Shown here: in pieces, positions 23,677 through 33,673 of the stretch
How the letters are laid out: every line of letters begins with the position of its first letter
Numbering within the stretch: the stretch's first letter is position 1
Assembly (NCBI RefSeq): GCF_013315695.1
Contig: NZ_CP054353.1
Reading direction: 5' to 3' (one strand)
Length of the DNA: 64,000 nucleotides
Origin: Escherichia coli
Lineage (GTDB): Bacteria; Pseudomonadota; Gammaproteobacteria; Enterobacterales; Enterobacteriaceae
Translations under genes and position numbers: made by a program
The notes under the pieces: generated by a model
What the model was told of the DNA's origin: nothing
Database searches by the model: none
The model's input: only the letters and a program-made list of their open reading frames with translations

Positions 23677-24414
23677 ATGCTATATATCTTTCGTCTTATT
23701 ATTACCGTGATTTACAGCATCTTAGTCTGTGTATTCGGCTCCATTTACTGCCTTTTCAGCCCGCGTAACCCGAAACATGTGGCCACCTTTGGGCATATGT
23801 TTGGTCGTCTTGCACCGCTGTTCGGCCTGAAAGTTGAGTGCCGCAAACCTGCGGATGCTGAAAGCTACGGCAATGCTATCTATATCGCTAACCACCAGAA
23901 CAACTATGACATGGTCACAGCATCGAACATTGTGCAACCGCCGACGGTGACGGTAGGTAAAAAGAGCTTGCTGTGGATCCCCTTCTTCGGGCAGTTGTAC
24001 TGGTTAACCGGCAACTTATTGATCGACAGAAACAATCGCACTAAAGCTCACGGCACTATTGCGGAAGTCGTGAATCACTTCAAAAAACGCCGTATTTCCA
24101 TCTGGATGTTCCCGGAAGGAACCCGCAGCCGTGGTCGCGGCCTGCTGCCGTTCAAGACCGGGGCATTTCACGCGGCAATTGCGGCGGGCGTCCCGATTAT
24201 TCCCGTGTGCGTCTCTACAACTTCGAATAAGATTAATCTTAATCGACTGCACAACGGTCTGGTGATTGTCGAAATGCTGCCGCCAATTGACGTCAGTCAG
24301 TATGGCAAAGATCAGGTTCGTGAGCTGGCTGCCCATTGTCGTTCGATAATGGAACAAAAAATCGCCGAGCTCGATAAAGAAGTCGCAGAGCGCGAAGCCG
24401 CCGGAAAAGTTTAA
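23677..24414 (+). CDS. plsC: 1-acyl-sn-glycerol-3-phosphate acyltransferase
   Basis: 245 aa; HX4D acyltransferase motif (NHQNNYD). Confidence 0.9.
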   Translation: MLYIFRLIITVIYSILVCVFGSIYCLFSPRNPKHVATFGHMFGRLAPLFGLKVECRKPADAESYGNAIYIANHQNNYDMVTASNIVQPPTVTVGKKSLLWIPFFGQLYWLTGNLLIDRNNRTKAHGTIAEVVNHFKKRRISIWMFPEGTRSRGRGLLPFKTGAFHAAIAAGVPIIPVCVSTTSNKINLNRLHNGLVIVEMLPPIDVSQYGKDQVRELAAHCRSIMEQKIAELDKEVAEREAAGKV

Positions 24415-24488
24415 GTCGGCAATCTGTATTTTTGCGGGGAACACTTTCCTGCACGGTATTACTTTAGCCAGTTTTACATGGAGCAAAT

Positions 24489-25901
24489 ATGTCACTCAGT
24501 CGGCGTCAGTTCATTCAGGCATCGGGGATTGCACTTTGTGCAGGCGCTGTTCCCCTGAAGGCCAGCGCAGCCGGGCAACAGCAACCGCTACCCGTTCCGC
24601 CGCTGCTTGAATCTCGCCGTGGGCAACCGCTGTTTATGACTGTACAACGTGCGCACTGGTCATTTACGCCAGGGACACGCGCGTCGGTTTGGGGAATCAA
24701 TGGTCGTTACCTGGGGCCGACTATCCGCGTCTGGAAGGGCGACGATGTTAAGCTTATTTACAGCAACCGCCTGACAGAAAATGTCTCAATGACGGTGGCC
24801 GGGCTACAGGTACCAGGCCCGCTGATGGGCGGTCCGGCACGGATGATGTCGCCAAACGCTGACTGGGCACCCGTACTGCCCATTCGCCAGAACGCAGCTA
24901 CTCTGTGGTATCACGCCAATACTCCCAACCGCACGGCTCAGCAGGTCTATAACGGCCTTGCCGGAATGTGGCTGGTGGAAGATGAAGTCAGCAAGTCGCT
25001 GCCTATCCCCAACCATTATGGTGTGGATGATTTTCCGGTCATTATCCAGGATAAACGGCTGGATAACTTTGGTACGCCAGAATACAACGAACCGGGAAGC
25101 GGCGGCTTTGTTGGTGATACGCTGCTGGTTAACGGTGTGCAAAGCCCGTACGTTGAAGTCTCGCGTGGCTGGGTGCGCTTGCGACTGCTGAACGCGTCGA
25201 ACTCTCGTCGCTATCAACTACAGATGAGCGATGGTCGCCCGTTACATGTGATTTCTGGCGATCAGGGATTCCTGCCTGCTCCTGTATCGGTGAAGCAACT
25301 TTCGCTGGCACCGGGCGAGCGCCGCGAGATTCTGGTGGATATGAGCAACGGTGATGAAGTGTCGATCACCTGTGGTGAAGCGGCGAGCATTGTTGATCGT
25401 ATTCGCGGCTTCTTTGAGCCATCCAGTATTCTGGTGTCTACGCTGGTGCTAACGCTGCGCCCAACCGGCCTTCTGCCGCTGGTCACAGACAGTCTTCCGA
25501 TGCGCTTGCTGCCAACTGAAATCATGGCCGGTTCGCCGATTCGTAGTCGCGATATCAGTCTGGGTGATGACCCGGGTATTAATGGACAACTGTGGGACGT
25601 CAACCGTATTGATGTCACCGCGCAGCAAGGAACGTGGGAACGCTGGACGGTACGCGCGGACGAGCCGCAAGCGTTCCATATTGAAGGCGTGATGTTCCAG
25701 ATCCGTAACGTGAATGGCGCGATGCCGTTCCCGGAAGACAGAGGCTGGAAAGATACCGTTTGGGTTGACGGACAAGTGGAGCTGCTGGTTTATTTCGGTC
25801 AGCCTTCCTGGGCGCACTTCCCGTTCTACTTCAACAGTCAGACGCTGGAAATGGCGGACCGTGGCTCGATTGGGCAACTGTTGGTCAATCCGGTACCGTA
25901 A
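24489..25901 (+). CDS. ftsP: cell-division multicopper-oxidase-like protein (SufI)
   Basis: 470 aa; Tat signal peptide (SRRQFI). Confidence 0.9.
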   Translation: MSLSRRQFIQASGIALCAGAVPLKASAAGQQQPLPVPPLLESRRGQPLFMTVQRAHWSFTPGTRASVWGINGRYLGPTIRVWKGDDVKLIYSNRLTENVSMTVAGLQVPGPLMGGPARMMSPNADWAPVLPIRQNAATLWYHANTPNRTAQQVYNGLAGMWLVEDEVSKSLPIPNHYGVDDFPVIIQDKRLDNFGTPEYNEPGSGGFVGDTLLVNGVQSPYVEVSRGWVRLRLLNASNSRRYQLQMSDGRPLHVISGDQGFLPAPVSVKQLSLAPGERREILVDMSNGDEVSITCGEAASIVDRIRGFFEPSSILVSTLVLTLRPTGLLPLVTDSLPMRLLPTEIMAGSPIRSRDISLGDDPGINGQLWDVNRIDVTAQQGTWERWTVRADEPQAFHIEGVMFQIRNVNGAMPFPEDRGWKDTVWVDGQVELLVYFGQPSWAHFPFYFNSQTLEMADRGSIGQLLVNPVP

Positions 25902-25911
25902 TGGACCAATT

Positions 25912-25940
25912 CAATGCCCCACAGAGTGGTGGGGCATTGA
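25912..25940. terminator. hairpin after ftsP, possibly bidirectional with the dctM remnant
   Basis: Perfect stem aatgcccca...tggggcatt. Confidence 0.4.
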
Positions 25941-25971
25941 AAATTACTCAGTATGCAGTCTTCACTGTGTA

Positions 25972-26170
25972 TCAGGTCGAAAATAATCCTGGCAGCATCA
26001 GACTAAGCTGCGGGAAATAACAAATAATTGCCATTACTACAAACAATGCCAGAAACATCGGCAGTAATGGTTTTATTGCCCTGTCGATACTGACCTTACC
26101 AATGCTGCACCCCACAAACAGAATGGTGCCGACAGGTGGTGTGCAAAGGCCAATGGTTAAGTTGAAAACG
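25972..26170 (-). pseudogene. C-terminal remnant of a TRAP transporter large permease (DctM-like), cut by IS1
   Basis: Minus-strand translation from the IS1 junction: VFNLTIGLCTPPVGTILFVGCSIGKVSIDRAIKPLLPMFLALFVVMAIICYFPQLSLMLPGLFST*; no start codon. Confidence 0.6.
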
Positions 26171-26184
26171 GTAATGACTCCAAC

Positions 26185-26688
26185 TTATTGATAGTGTTTT
26201 ATGTTCAGATAATGCCCGATGACTTTGTCATGCAGCTCCACCGATTTTGAGAACGACAGCGACTTCCGTCCCAGCCGTGCCAGGTGCTGCCTCAGATTCA
26301 GGTTATGCCGCTCAATTCGCTGCGTATATCGCTTGCTGATTACGTGCAGCTTTCCCTTCAGGCGGGATTCATACAGCGGCCAGCCATCCGTCATCCATAT
26401 CACCACGTCAAAGGGTGACAGCAGGCTCATAAGACGCCCCAGCGTCGCCATAGTGCGTTCACCGAATACGTGCGCAACAACCGTCTTCCGGAGCCTGTCA
26501 TACGCGTAAAACAGCCAGCGCTGGCGCGATTTAGCCCCGACATAGCCCCACTGTTCGTCCATTTCCGCGCAGACGATGACGTCACTGCCCGGCTGTATGC
26601 GCGAGGTTACCGACTGCGGCCTGAGTTTTTTAAGTGACGTAAAATCGTGTTGAGGCCAACGCCCATAATGCGGGCTGTTGCCCGGCAT
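26185..26688 (-). CDS. insB: IS1 InsB frame
   Basis: Protein identical to the copy-1 InsB. Confidence 0.9.
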
Positions 26689-26882
26689 CCAACGCCATTC
26701 ATGGCCATATCAATGATTTTCTGGTGCGTACCGGGTTGAGAAGCGGTGTAAGTGAACTGCAGTTGCCATGTTTTACGGCAGTGAGAGCAGAGATAGCGCT
26801 GATGTCCGGCGGTGCTTTTGCCGTTACGCACCACCCCGTCAGTAGCTGAACAGGAGGGACAGCTGATAGAAACAGAAGCCAC
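26607..26882 (-). CDS. insA: IS1 InsA
   Basis: Protein identical to the copy-1 InsA. Confidence 0.9.
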
Positions 26883-26910
26883 TGGAGCACCTCAAAAACA
26901 CCATCATACA

Positions 26911-28512
26911 CTAAATCAGTAAGTTGGCAGCATCACCGACATAATCCTGGGGATTATGCAGCGGAAAACCGCCAACGTAGGGTTTAAGCAGTTTGATTAA
27001 CGGCTGATAATAGACAGGAATGAGCGGTGCCTGCTGGTTGATGATCACTTCTGCCTGCTGATACAACGCATTACGCTTTGTTGCATCAGCCGTTTGTGCC
27101 GCCTGGTTTAGTAAGGCGTCATACTGCGCGTTTTTCCAGTGGCCGACATTTTCCTCGCTATCGCTCTTAAGCGTGTTCAGAAAGGTGGAGGCATCATTGT
27201 ACGTCGCATCCCACGACTGCCGAGACAACATGAAATCACCGGCTCGTCGGGCATCAAGATAAGTTTTCCACTCCATTGTGCGCAGCGTCACCTGTGCACC
27301 CAGCCATTTTTTCCATTCGGAAGACAACGCTATCGCGGTCTTTTCATGCAGATCGTACTTGTTGTAGAACAGCTCAAAGCGAAGCGGATGAGAGGCGTCG
27401 TATCCCGCCTGTTTCAACAAGGCTTTTGCCATCGCGACGCGCTCACTCAGCGGCTTTTGCAGTTCATCGAACGTCGTCGCGCTAAAGCCTTTTACCTCTG
27501 GCGGCGTCAGCGTAGTTGCGGGCGTTCTCAACCCCAGTACCTTTTGCGCAATAAGCTGTCGATCAACCGTAAGATATAGCGCCCGACGCACCCGCACATC
27601 GTTAAATGGCGGTTTCTCAAGGTTGAAGTTGTAATATTCGCTGTTCAGACGCGGAATAATTCGTAGCTCGCCAGGCAGTGATTTTTCAATGGCGGGAATT
27701 TGCTGCGCCGGAACCCAGGTGAGATCGACCTCTCCCGCGCGATAGCGGTTATAGCCGGTGACCGAATTATCCAGCGCCAGATACTCAACCTGTTGCAATA
27801 CTGTATGTTGCGCATCGCGGTACTTTGGATTTTTGCGTGCAGTAATCTTTTCGTTAACTACCCACTGATCAAGCACAAAGGCACCGTTGTAAACCATGTT
27901 CTCTGGCTTACTCCAGCTATCGCCATGTTTAGCGATGACATGATGAGGAACCGGGAACAGCGTCGGCCAGGCGAGCATCGTCGTGAACCAAGGAACTGGC
28001 TGCTCAAGCGTAACTTCAAGAGTACGATCATCCATCGCTTTGACACCCAGCGATGTAACATCTGCTTTACCCGCAACAATAGCCGCGGCATTGTTAATGT
28101 GCGCCTGTGCCAGATAGCCAGCAAAAGGGCTTGCCGTTTTCGGGTCAACCGCACGTTGCCAGCCGAGGACAAAATCCTCTGCTGTCAGAGGCTGACCGTC
28201 TGACCACTGCAAACCGCTACGCAGATGGAAAATATAGCGCTTGCCGCCGTCCAGTATCTCCCAGCGTTCAGCCTGAGCGGGCTGCACCTGGCCTTCACCG
28301 TCCATCCATACCAGACCTTCAAACAGATCCAGCACAATCTGCGCGGCAGTATTCTCCTCTACCTTTTGCGGGTCGAGCGTGCCTGGGTCGCTATGATTGT
28401 TGTAACGAAAAACTTGTTGCGGGGCGAGCGGTGTGTTGGCGGGAACGTCAGCAGCGTAGAGAGGAGCCGCACTTACCAGGCTGACCAGCCATAATAAATT
28501 TCGCGTATACAT
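26911..28512 (-). CDS. ygiS: periplasmic oligopeptide-type ABC substrate-binding protein with an IS1-encoded C-terminal tail
   Basis: 533 aa; signal peptide; SBP family 5; last 8 aa GDAANLLI come from the IS1 end (native part 26938..28512). Confidence 0.75.
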   Translation of the reverse strand: MYTRNLLWLVSLVSAAPLYAADVPANTPLAPQQVFRYNNHSDPGTLDPQKVEENTAAQIVLDLFEGLVWMDGEGQVQPAQAERWEILDGGKRYIFHLRSGLQWSDGQPLTAEDFVLGWQRAVDPKTASPFAGYLAQAHINNAAAIVAGKADVTSLGVKAMDDRTLEVTLEQPVPWFTTMLAWPTLFPVPHHVIAKHGDSWSKPENMVYNGAFVLDQWVVNEKITARKNPKYRDAQHTVLQQVEYLALDNSVTGYNRYRAGEVDLTWVPAQQIPAIEKSLPGELRIIPRLNSEYYNFNLEKPPFNDVRVRRALYLTVDRQLIAQKVLGLRTPATTLTPPEVKGFSATTFDELQKPLSERVAMAKALLKQAGYDASHPLRFELFYNKYDLHEKTAIALSSEWKKWLGAQVTLRTMEWKTYLDARRAGDFMLSRQSWDATYNDASTFLNTLKSDSEENVGHWKNAQYDALLNQAAQTADATKRNALYQQAEVIINQQAPLIPVYYQPLIKLLKPYVGGFPLHNPQDYVGDAANLLI

Positions 28513-28620
28513 GGTATTCCTTACCGGAGAAATTATAAGCCCGACAACAATACGCCTGTGGCATTGTTAGCTCAAACTTATCGCGAGTGATTTGGCTCAC
28601 ACTCCGGTAAAGATTCCCCA

Positions 28621-29103
28621 TCACGCTAACGGTACATAAACATCCGTTTCCAGTCGCTGCTCTGTCATCCCTTCGGCAAGATTGGTGTAGTGAAACAGGA
28701 TCGGGGCTTTGCGCATTTTTTCGCCGCTTGCCGGAAGCCAGTGGCGAATGATGCCCCATATCGTGTGTGAAATATCGTCCAGCTCGCCAACATGGCGGGC
28801 CACAGCATAACGTCCACCGGTAAGTTCACCATTACTTACGCCATAACGATTATCGGGGATCGGTTCGCTAACGCTGCCGCAGATATCAAAGCGAAACGCT
28901 TCTGGTGCGGTGGTGGCAGGGTCGTCCCAGGCGACGCCAAAAGTCTGGCTTTGGTTAACAGGAGAAAGCCCCGTCTCTTTACGCCACATGATAAATTTCG
29001 CCACGCTGTAGTTGAGCAACTCAGGGCTACAGCGGTGCGGCAACATCGCCACAGGGATTGAGGGGAAATCGATAATATTTACATCCAGTGTCAGGTTTGT
29101 CAT
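28621..29103 (-). CDS. ygiV: GyrI-like small-molecule-binding transcription factor
   Basis: 160 aa. Confidence 0.7.
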   Translation of the reverse strand: MTNLTLDVNIIDFPSIPVAMLPHRCSPELLNYSVAKFIMWRKETGLSPVNQSQTFGVAWDDPATTAPEAFRFDICGSVSEPIPDNRYGVSNGELTGGRYAVARHVGELDDISHTIWGIIRHWLPASGEKMRKAPILFHYTNLAEGMTEQRLETDVYVPLA

Positions 29104-29155
29104 TTTGCCTCCCTGCGAAATTATTCCCGGGAACGCGTCCCGGGAGCGGTAACAA

Positions 29156-29548
29156 TTACGGATTTACTTTGCGGATCTGTTTGACGTCAATTTCAACAGA
29201 GTTCCAGTCTTTATCGACTTCACCCTGAATCTCAACCGTATCTTTCGGCGTCACCGTCACGCCGTTCCAGCGTTTGTGATCGATATCCACATTGATAGTA
29301 CCGCTGGCATCTTTGAACACGTAGAGATCGTCAGAGATGCGTTCAACGATATTGCCGCGCAGGGTTACCCAGGTGTCGTCACGCAGGGATTTTGCGCTTT
29401 CTACGGTCGTTACGCTGCCGTTCGGCCCCTGGAATCCTCCGGCCTGACTTTGCGTTGCCGATGGGCCAGAAAAACCTCCCTGCTCTGCTGCCATAACCGG
29501 TGCACTGCACAGGGCCATTACTGCGATTACTGCTGCGAATTTTTTCAT
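29156..29548 (-). CDS. ygiW: BOF/YgiW-family periplasmic OB-fold protein
   Basis: 130 aa from MKKFAAVIAV...; signal peptide; GGGAG RBS. Confidence 0.75.
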   Translation of the reverse strand: MKKFAAVIAVMALCSAPVMAAEQGGFSGPSATQSQAGGFQGPNGSVTTVESAKSLRDDTWVTLRGNIVERISDDLYVFKDASGTINVDIDHKRWNGVTVTPKDTVEIQGEVDKDWNSVEIDVKQIRKVNP

Positions 29549-29699
29549 GTTTATTACTCCCTTTAATGTCTGTTTCCGAGCATTTAACAAGATAGTCCTT
29601 AACAACTTCTTAAGGGAAAAAAATAAAATTTAATGCTGTACAGAGCGCGTTACAACACGGTTTACTGGCAGCAAATACGGTTATCGCAGGGATGAAAAA

Positions 29700-30359
29700 A
29701 TGCGAATTTTACTGATAGAAGATGACATGCTGATTGGCGACGGCATCAAAACGGGCCTTAGTAAAATGGGTTTTAGCGTCGACTGGTTTACACAAGGTCG
29801 TCAGGGAAAAGAGGCGCTATATAGCGCACCTTATGATGCGGTGATCCTGGATTTAACCTTACCGGGCATGGATGGTCGCGATATTTTGCGCGAATGGCGA
29901 GAAAAAGGTCAGCGTGAGCCGGTTTTGATCCTGACCGCGCGCGATGCGCTGGCGGAACGTGTAGAAGGGCTGCGTCTGGGAGCTGACGATTATCTGTGTA
30001 AACCTTTTGCGTTGATAGAAGTCGCCGCCAGGCTGGAAGCTCTGATGCGCCGAACCAACGGCCAGGCCAGCAACGAGCTGCGCCACGGCAACGTCATGCT
30101 CGACCCCGGCAAACGTATCGCCACGCTGGCTGGCGAACCCTTAACGCTGAAGCCAAAAGAATTTGCCCTGCTGGAATTACTGATGCGTAACGCTGGTCGG
30201 GTACTGCCGCGCAAACTGATTGAAGAGAAACTGTATACCTGGGACGAAGAGGTCACCAGTAATGCCGTTGAAGTGCATGTGCATCATCTGCGACGCAAAC
30301 TCGGCAGTGATTTTATTCGTACCGTTCATGGTATTGGCTACACATTAGGTGAGAAATGA
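29700..30359 (+). CDS. qseB: OmpR-family response regulator
   Basis: 219 aa; receiver plus winged-helix domains. Confidence 0.9.
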   Translation: MRILLIEDDMLIGDGIKTGLSKMGFSVDWFTQGRQGKEALYSAPYDAVILDLTLPGMDGRDILREWREKGQREPVLILTARDALAERVEGLRLGADDYLCKPFALIEVAARLEALMRRTNGQASNELRHGNVMLDPGKRIATLAGEPLTLKPKEFALLELLMRNAGRVLPRKLIEEKLYTWDEEVTSNAVEVHVHHLRRKLGSDFIRTVHGIGYTLGEK

Positions 30360-31705
30360 AATTTACCCAACGTCTTAGTCTGCGAGTCAGGCTAACGCTA
30401 ATCTTTTTAATTCTGGCCTCGGTGACCTGGCTGCTTTCCAGCTTTGTCGCCTGGAAACAAACAACGGATAACGTCGATGAGTTGTTCGACACCCAACTGA
30501 TGCTGTTTGCCAAACGGTTAAGTACGCTCGATCTCAACGAAATCAACGCGGCGGATCGCATGGCACAGACGCCAAATAAATTAAAACACGGTCATGTTGA
30601 TGACGATGCGCTGACCTTTGCCATCTTTACCCACGACGGCAGAATGGTCCTTAACGATGGCGATAATGGAGAAGATATTCCTTATAGCTATCAACGAGAA
30701 GGTTTTGCTGACGGGCAACTGGTGGGCGATAAAGATCAATGGCGTTTTGTCTGGATGACCTCACCTGATGGCAAATATCGCATTGTTGTTGGTCAGGAAT
30801 GGGAATACCGTGAAGACATGGCGCTGGCGATTGTTGCCGGACAATTGATCCCGTGGCTGGTCGCACTGCCGATTATGTTAATCATCATGATGGTACTACT
30901 GGGTCGTGAACTCGCGCCGCTGAACAAACTGGCGCTGGCACTACGTATGCGTGACCCAGACTCGGAAAAACCACTAAACGCGACGGGCGTACCCAGCGAA
31001 GTGCGCCCACTGGTTGAGTCGTTGAATCAACTGTTCGCCCGCACACATGCGATGATGGTTCGTGAACGACGCTTTACCTCCGACGCAGCTCACGAACTTC
31101 GTAGCCCGTTAACGGCGCTGAAAGTGCAAACCGAAGTTGCTCAGCTCTCTGACGATGATCCGCAGGCGCGGAAAAAAGCGCTGCTCCAATTACATTCCGG
31201 GATCGATCGCGCTACTCGTCTGGTTGATCAACTGCTCACGCTATCGCGGCTGGACTCACTGGATAACCTTCAGGACGTCGCGGAGATCCCGCTTGAAGAT
31301 CTCCTGCAATCGTCGGTGATGGATATTTACCACACGGCGCAGCAGGCGAAAATTGACGTGCGACTGACACTCAATGCCCACGGCATCAAACGTACCGGAC
31401 AACCGCTGTTGCTAAGTTTGTTGGTACGAAACCTTCTGGATAACGCCGTGCGCTACAGTCCACAGGGCTGCGTGGTGGACGTCACGCTGAATGCCGATAA
31501 TTTCATCGTGAGGGATAACGGCCCCGGTGTGACGCCAGAGGCACTGGCGAGAATTGGCGAACGCTTCTATCGCCCACCCGGACAAACCGCTACCGGCAGT
31601 GGACTTGGGCTATCGATTGTCCAGCGAATCGCCAAGCTGCATGACATGAATGTTGAATTTGGGAATGCGGAACAAGGTGGATTTGAGGCGAAGGTAAGCT
31701 GGTAA
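30356..31705 (+). CDS. qseC: sensor histidine kinase
   Basis: 449 aa; H-box (AAHELRSPL); 4-bp overlap with qseB. Confidence 0.9.
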   Translation: MKFTQRLSLRVRLTLIFLILASVTWLLSSFVAWKQTTDNVDELFDTQLMLFAKRLSTLDLNEINAADRMAQTPNKLKHGHVDDDALTFAIFTHDGRMVLNDGDNGEDIPYSYQREGFADGQLVGDKDQWRFVWMTSPDGKYRIVVGQEWEYREDMALAIVAGQLIPWLVALPIMLIIMMVLLGRELAPLNKLALALRMRDPDSEKPLNATGVPSEVRPLVESLNQLFARTHAMMVRERRFTSDAAHELRSPLTALKVQTEVAQLSDDDPQARKKALLQLHSGIDRATRLVDQLLTLSRLDSLDNLQDVAEIPLEDLLQSSVMDIYHTAQQAKIDVRLTLNAHGIKRTGQPLLLSLLVRNLLDNAVRYSPQGCVVDVTLNADNFIVRDNGPGVTPEALARIGERFYRPPGQTATGSGLGLSIVQRIAKLHDMNVEFGNAEQGGFEAKVSW

Positions 31706-31814
31706 GGGTAAGACTTTTGCTAAATTCGCAAAAGACTTTGCACATTTTGCTAATTTCACCGTACCGCTCTGTGACGTACTATAGTCGGCAAACGTCTCAC
31801 CTTGAGGTTAAAAA

Positions 31815-32396
31815 ATGAGCAACATCCTGATTATCAACGGCGCGAAAAAATTCGCCCACTCCAATGGTCAACTGAACGACACCCTGACCGAAGTCGCGGA
31901 TGGCACACTGCGCGACCTCGGGCATGATGTCCGCATCGTTCGCGCCGACAGCGACTACGATGTCAAAGCGGAAGTACAAAACTTTCTCTGGGCTGATGTG
32001 GTGATCTGGCAGATGCCAGGCTGGTGGATGGGCGCGCCGTGGACAGTGAAAAAATACATTGATGATGTATTCACCGAAGGTCACGGGACGCTGTATGCCA
32101 GCGATGGTCGTACCCGCAAAGATCCGTCGAAAAAATACGGCTCCGGCGGCCTGGTACAGGGCAAAAAATATATGCTTTCTCTGACCTGGAACGCACCAAT
32201 GGAAGCCTTCACCGAAAAAGATCAGTTCTTCCACGGCGTTGGTGTTGACGGTGTGTACCTGCCGTTCCATAAAGCAAACCAATTCCTTGGCATGGAACCG
32301 CTGCCGACATTTATCGCTAATGACGTGATAAAAATGCCTGATGTTCCCCGCTATACTGAAGAATATCGCAAGCATCTTGTGGAAATTTTTGGTTAA
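31815..32396 (+). CDS. mdaB: NADPH:quinone oxidoreductase
   Basis: 193 aa flavodoxin-like. Confidence 0.9.
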   Translation: MSNILIINGAKKFAHSNGQLNDTLTEVADGTLRDLGHDVRIVRADSDYDVKAEVQNFLWADVVIWQMPGWWMGAPWTVKKYIDDVFTEGHGTLYASDGRTRKDPSKKYGSGGLVQGKKYMLSLTWNAPMEAFTEKDQFFHGVGVDGVYLPFHKANQFLGMEPLPTFIANDVIKMPDVPRYTEEYRKHLVEIFG

Positions 32397-32426
32397 CTAG
32401 AGCTCTGGCTTTAGAAGGAGTTAACC

Positions 32427-32741
32427 ATGATTACAGTAATCGCAGAAATCCGTACTCGTCCTGGTCAACATCACCGTCAGGCAGTGTTGGATCAGTTTGC
32501 TAAAATCGTTCCAACCGTACTGAAAGAAGAAGGTTGCCACGGCTATGCGCCAATGGTGGATTGCGCTGCTGGCGTGAGTTTCCAGTCTATGGCACCGGAT
32601 TCTATCGTGATGATTGAGCAGTGGGAAAGCATCGCGCATCTTGAAGCGCATCTGCAAACCCCGCACATGAAAGCATATAGCGAAGCCGTAAAAGGTGACG
32701 TGCTGGAGATGAATATTCGTATCCTGCAGCCGGGGCTTTGA
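32427..32741 (+). CDS. ygiN: quinol monooxygenase (ABM domain)
   Basis: 104 aa. Confidence 0.85.
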   Translation: MITVIAEIRTRPGQHHRQAVLDQFAKIVPTVLKEEGCHGYAPMVDCAAGVSFQSMAPDSIVMIEQWESIAHLEAHLQTPHMKAYSEAVKGDVLEMNIRILQPGL

Positions 32742-32785
32742 CATTTCTAAAAAGAGGCCGGTGCTGCTACCGGTCTCAGCCCAGA

Positions 32786-33673
32786 TTAGCCATTCTTTCT
32801 TCCCGTTTTCAGTCCTCGATGGAAATCGTTAATTCGCTTAATGGTTTTAACCGCACGCTGCGGCACTGCGGAAGCTACCGACCAGACAATCATTTCCAGA
32901 CACAACAATACCGTACCATGTAGCGGCGTTTTCCCTTTTTCATCCCCGCGCGGAACATGAATCACGATACTGGCGTCTTTGCTAAAACGTGAATCCAGCG
33001 CGTTTGTCAGCAAAATAACAGGGATCCCCAGCCGCCTCGCCTCACGAAGCGTTGTCAGCCCTTCCCGGTGCGCAGATTTTTGCGCCATCATGATCAGAAC
33101 ATCGCCACGTTGAAGCGCGATCAGTTGCTCGGCAAGGCCAATACCCGTACGGTTTAGTGCCGTGGCAGGCAAACCTATGCGGTTGAATAGTCGTGCGGTA
33201 TAGTCCGCCAGGATACCCGAAGCGCCAATGCCAAAAATAGCGACTTGCCGTGCCTGCACCAACAACGCTACAGCTTGCGCAAGCGCGTGGCGGTTTTCAG
33301 GCTCTGACAGGACATTACAGGTATACAAATGCCCTTCAAGAACAAAGTCGATTGCGGTGTTAACATCGCTCGTCAAGTTACTCACCGTCGTAGACATCTT
33401 TTCGCTGGAACTAAGGGCTGGACCAAGCCACTGTTCCAGAGTGCGTTTCAGATCACGCAGCCCGGCAAACCCCAGGGCCTGTATAGCCCTGATAACAGTG
33501 GCATCGGAAGTGTTCAACGTGGCCGCAATTTCCATCGCCGTTTGCTCGAGTACCACTTCACGATGCTCATTAATGTAGCTGGCGACAGCTCTTAACCCAG
33601 GCGTTAACTGACTCGCGCGAGTGCGAAAACGCTCACCAAAAATATCAACCCGCGCTTTATCTTTCTGGATCAT
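32786..33673 (-). CDS. RpiR/MurR-family regulator (HTH_6 plus SIS domain)
   Basis: 295 aa; last gene of the ABC transporter operon, 4-bp overlap with the binding-protein gene. Confidence 0.8.
   Translation of the reverse strand: MIQKDKARVDIFGERFRTRASQLTPGLRAVASYINEHREVVLEQTAMEIAATLNTSDATVIRAIQALGFAGLRDLKRTLEQWLGPALSSSEKMSTTVSNLTSDVNTAIDFVLEGHLYTCNVLSEPENRHALAQAVALLVQARQVAIFGIGASGILADYTARLFNRIGLPATALNRTGIGLAEQLIALQRGDVLIMMAQKSAHREGLTTLREARRLGIPVILLTNALDSRFSKDASIVIHVPRGDEKGKTPLHGTVLLCLEMIVWSVASAVPQRAVKTIKRINDFHRGLKTGRKNG

Larger units (their letters stand above)
26171..26937 (-). mobile_element. IS1 insertion sequence, copy 2 (767 bp), inverted relative to copy 1
   Basis: Reverse complement of copy 1; identical InsA and InsB products. 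Confidence 0.95.

Noticed and set aside
20238-26937. Composite transposon carrying parC-plsC-ftsP
   Set aside because: The IS1 copies are inverted and the target duplication is split and inverted, which fits an in situ inversion, not mobilisation as a unit; the enclosed genes are essential core genes.
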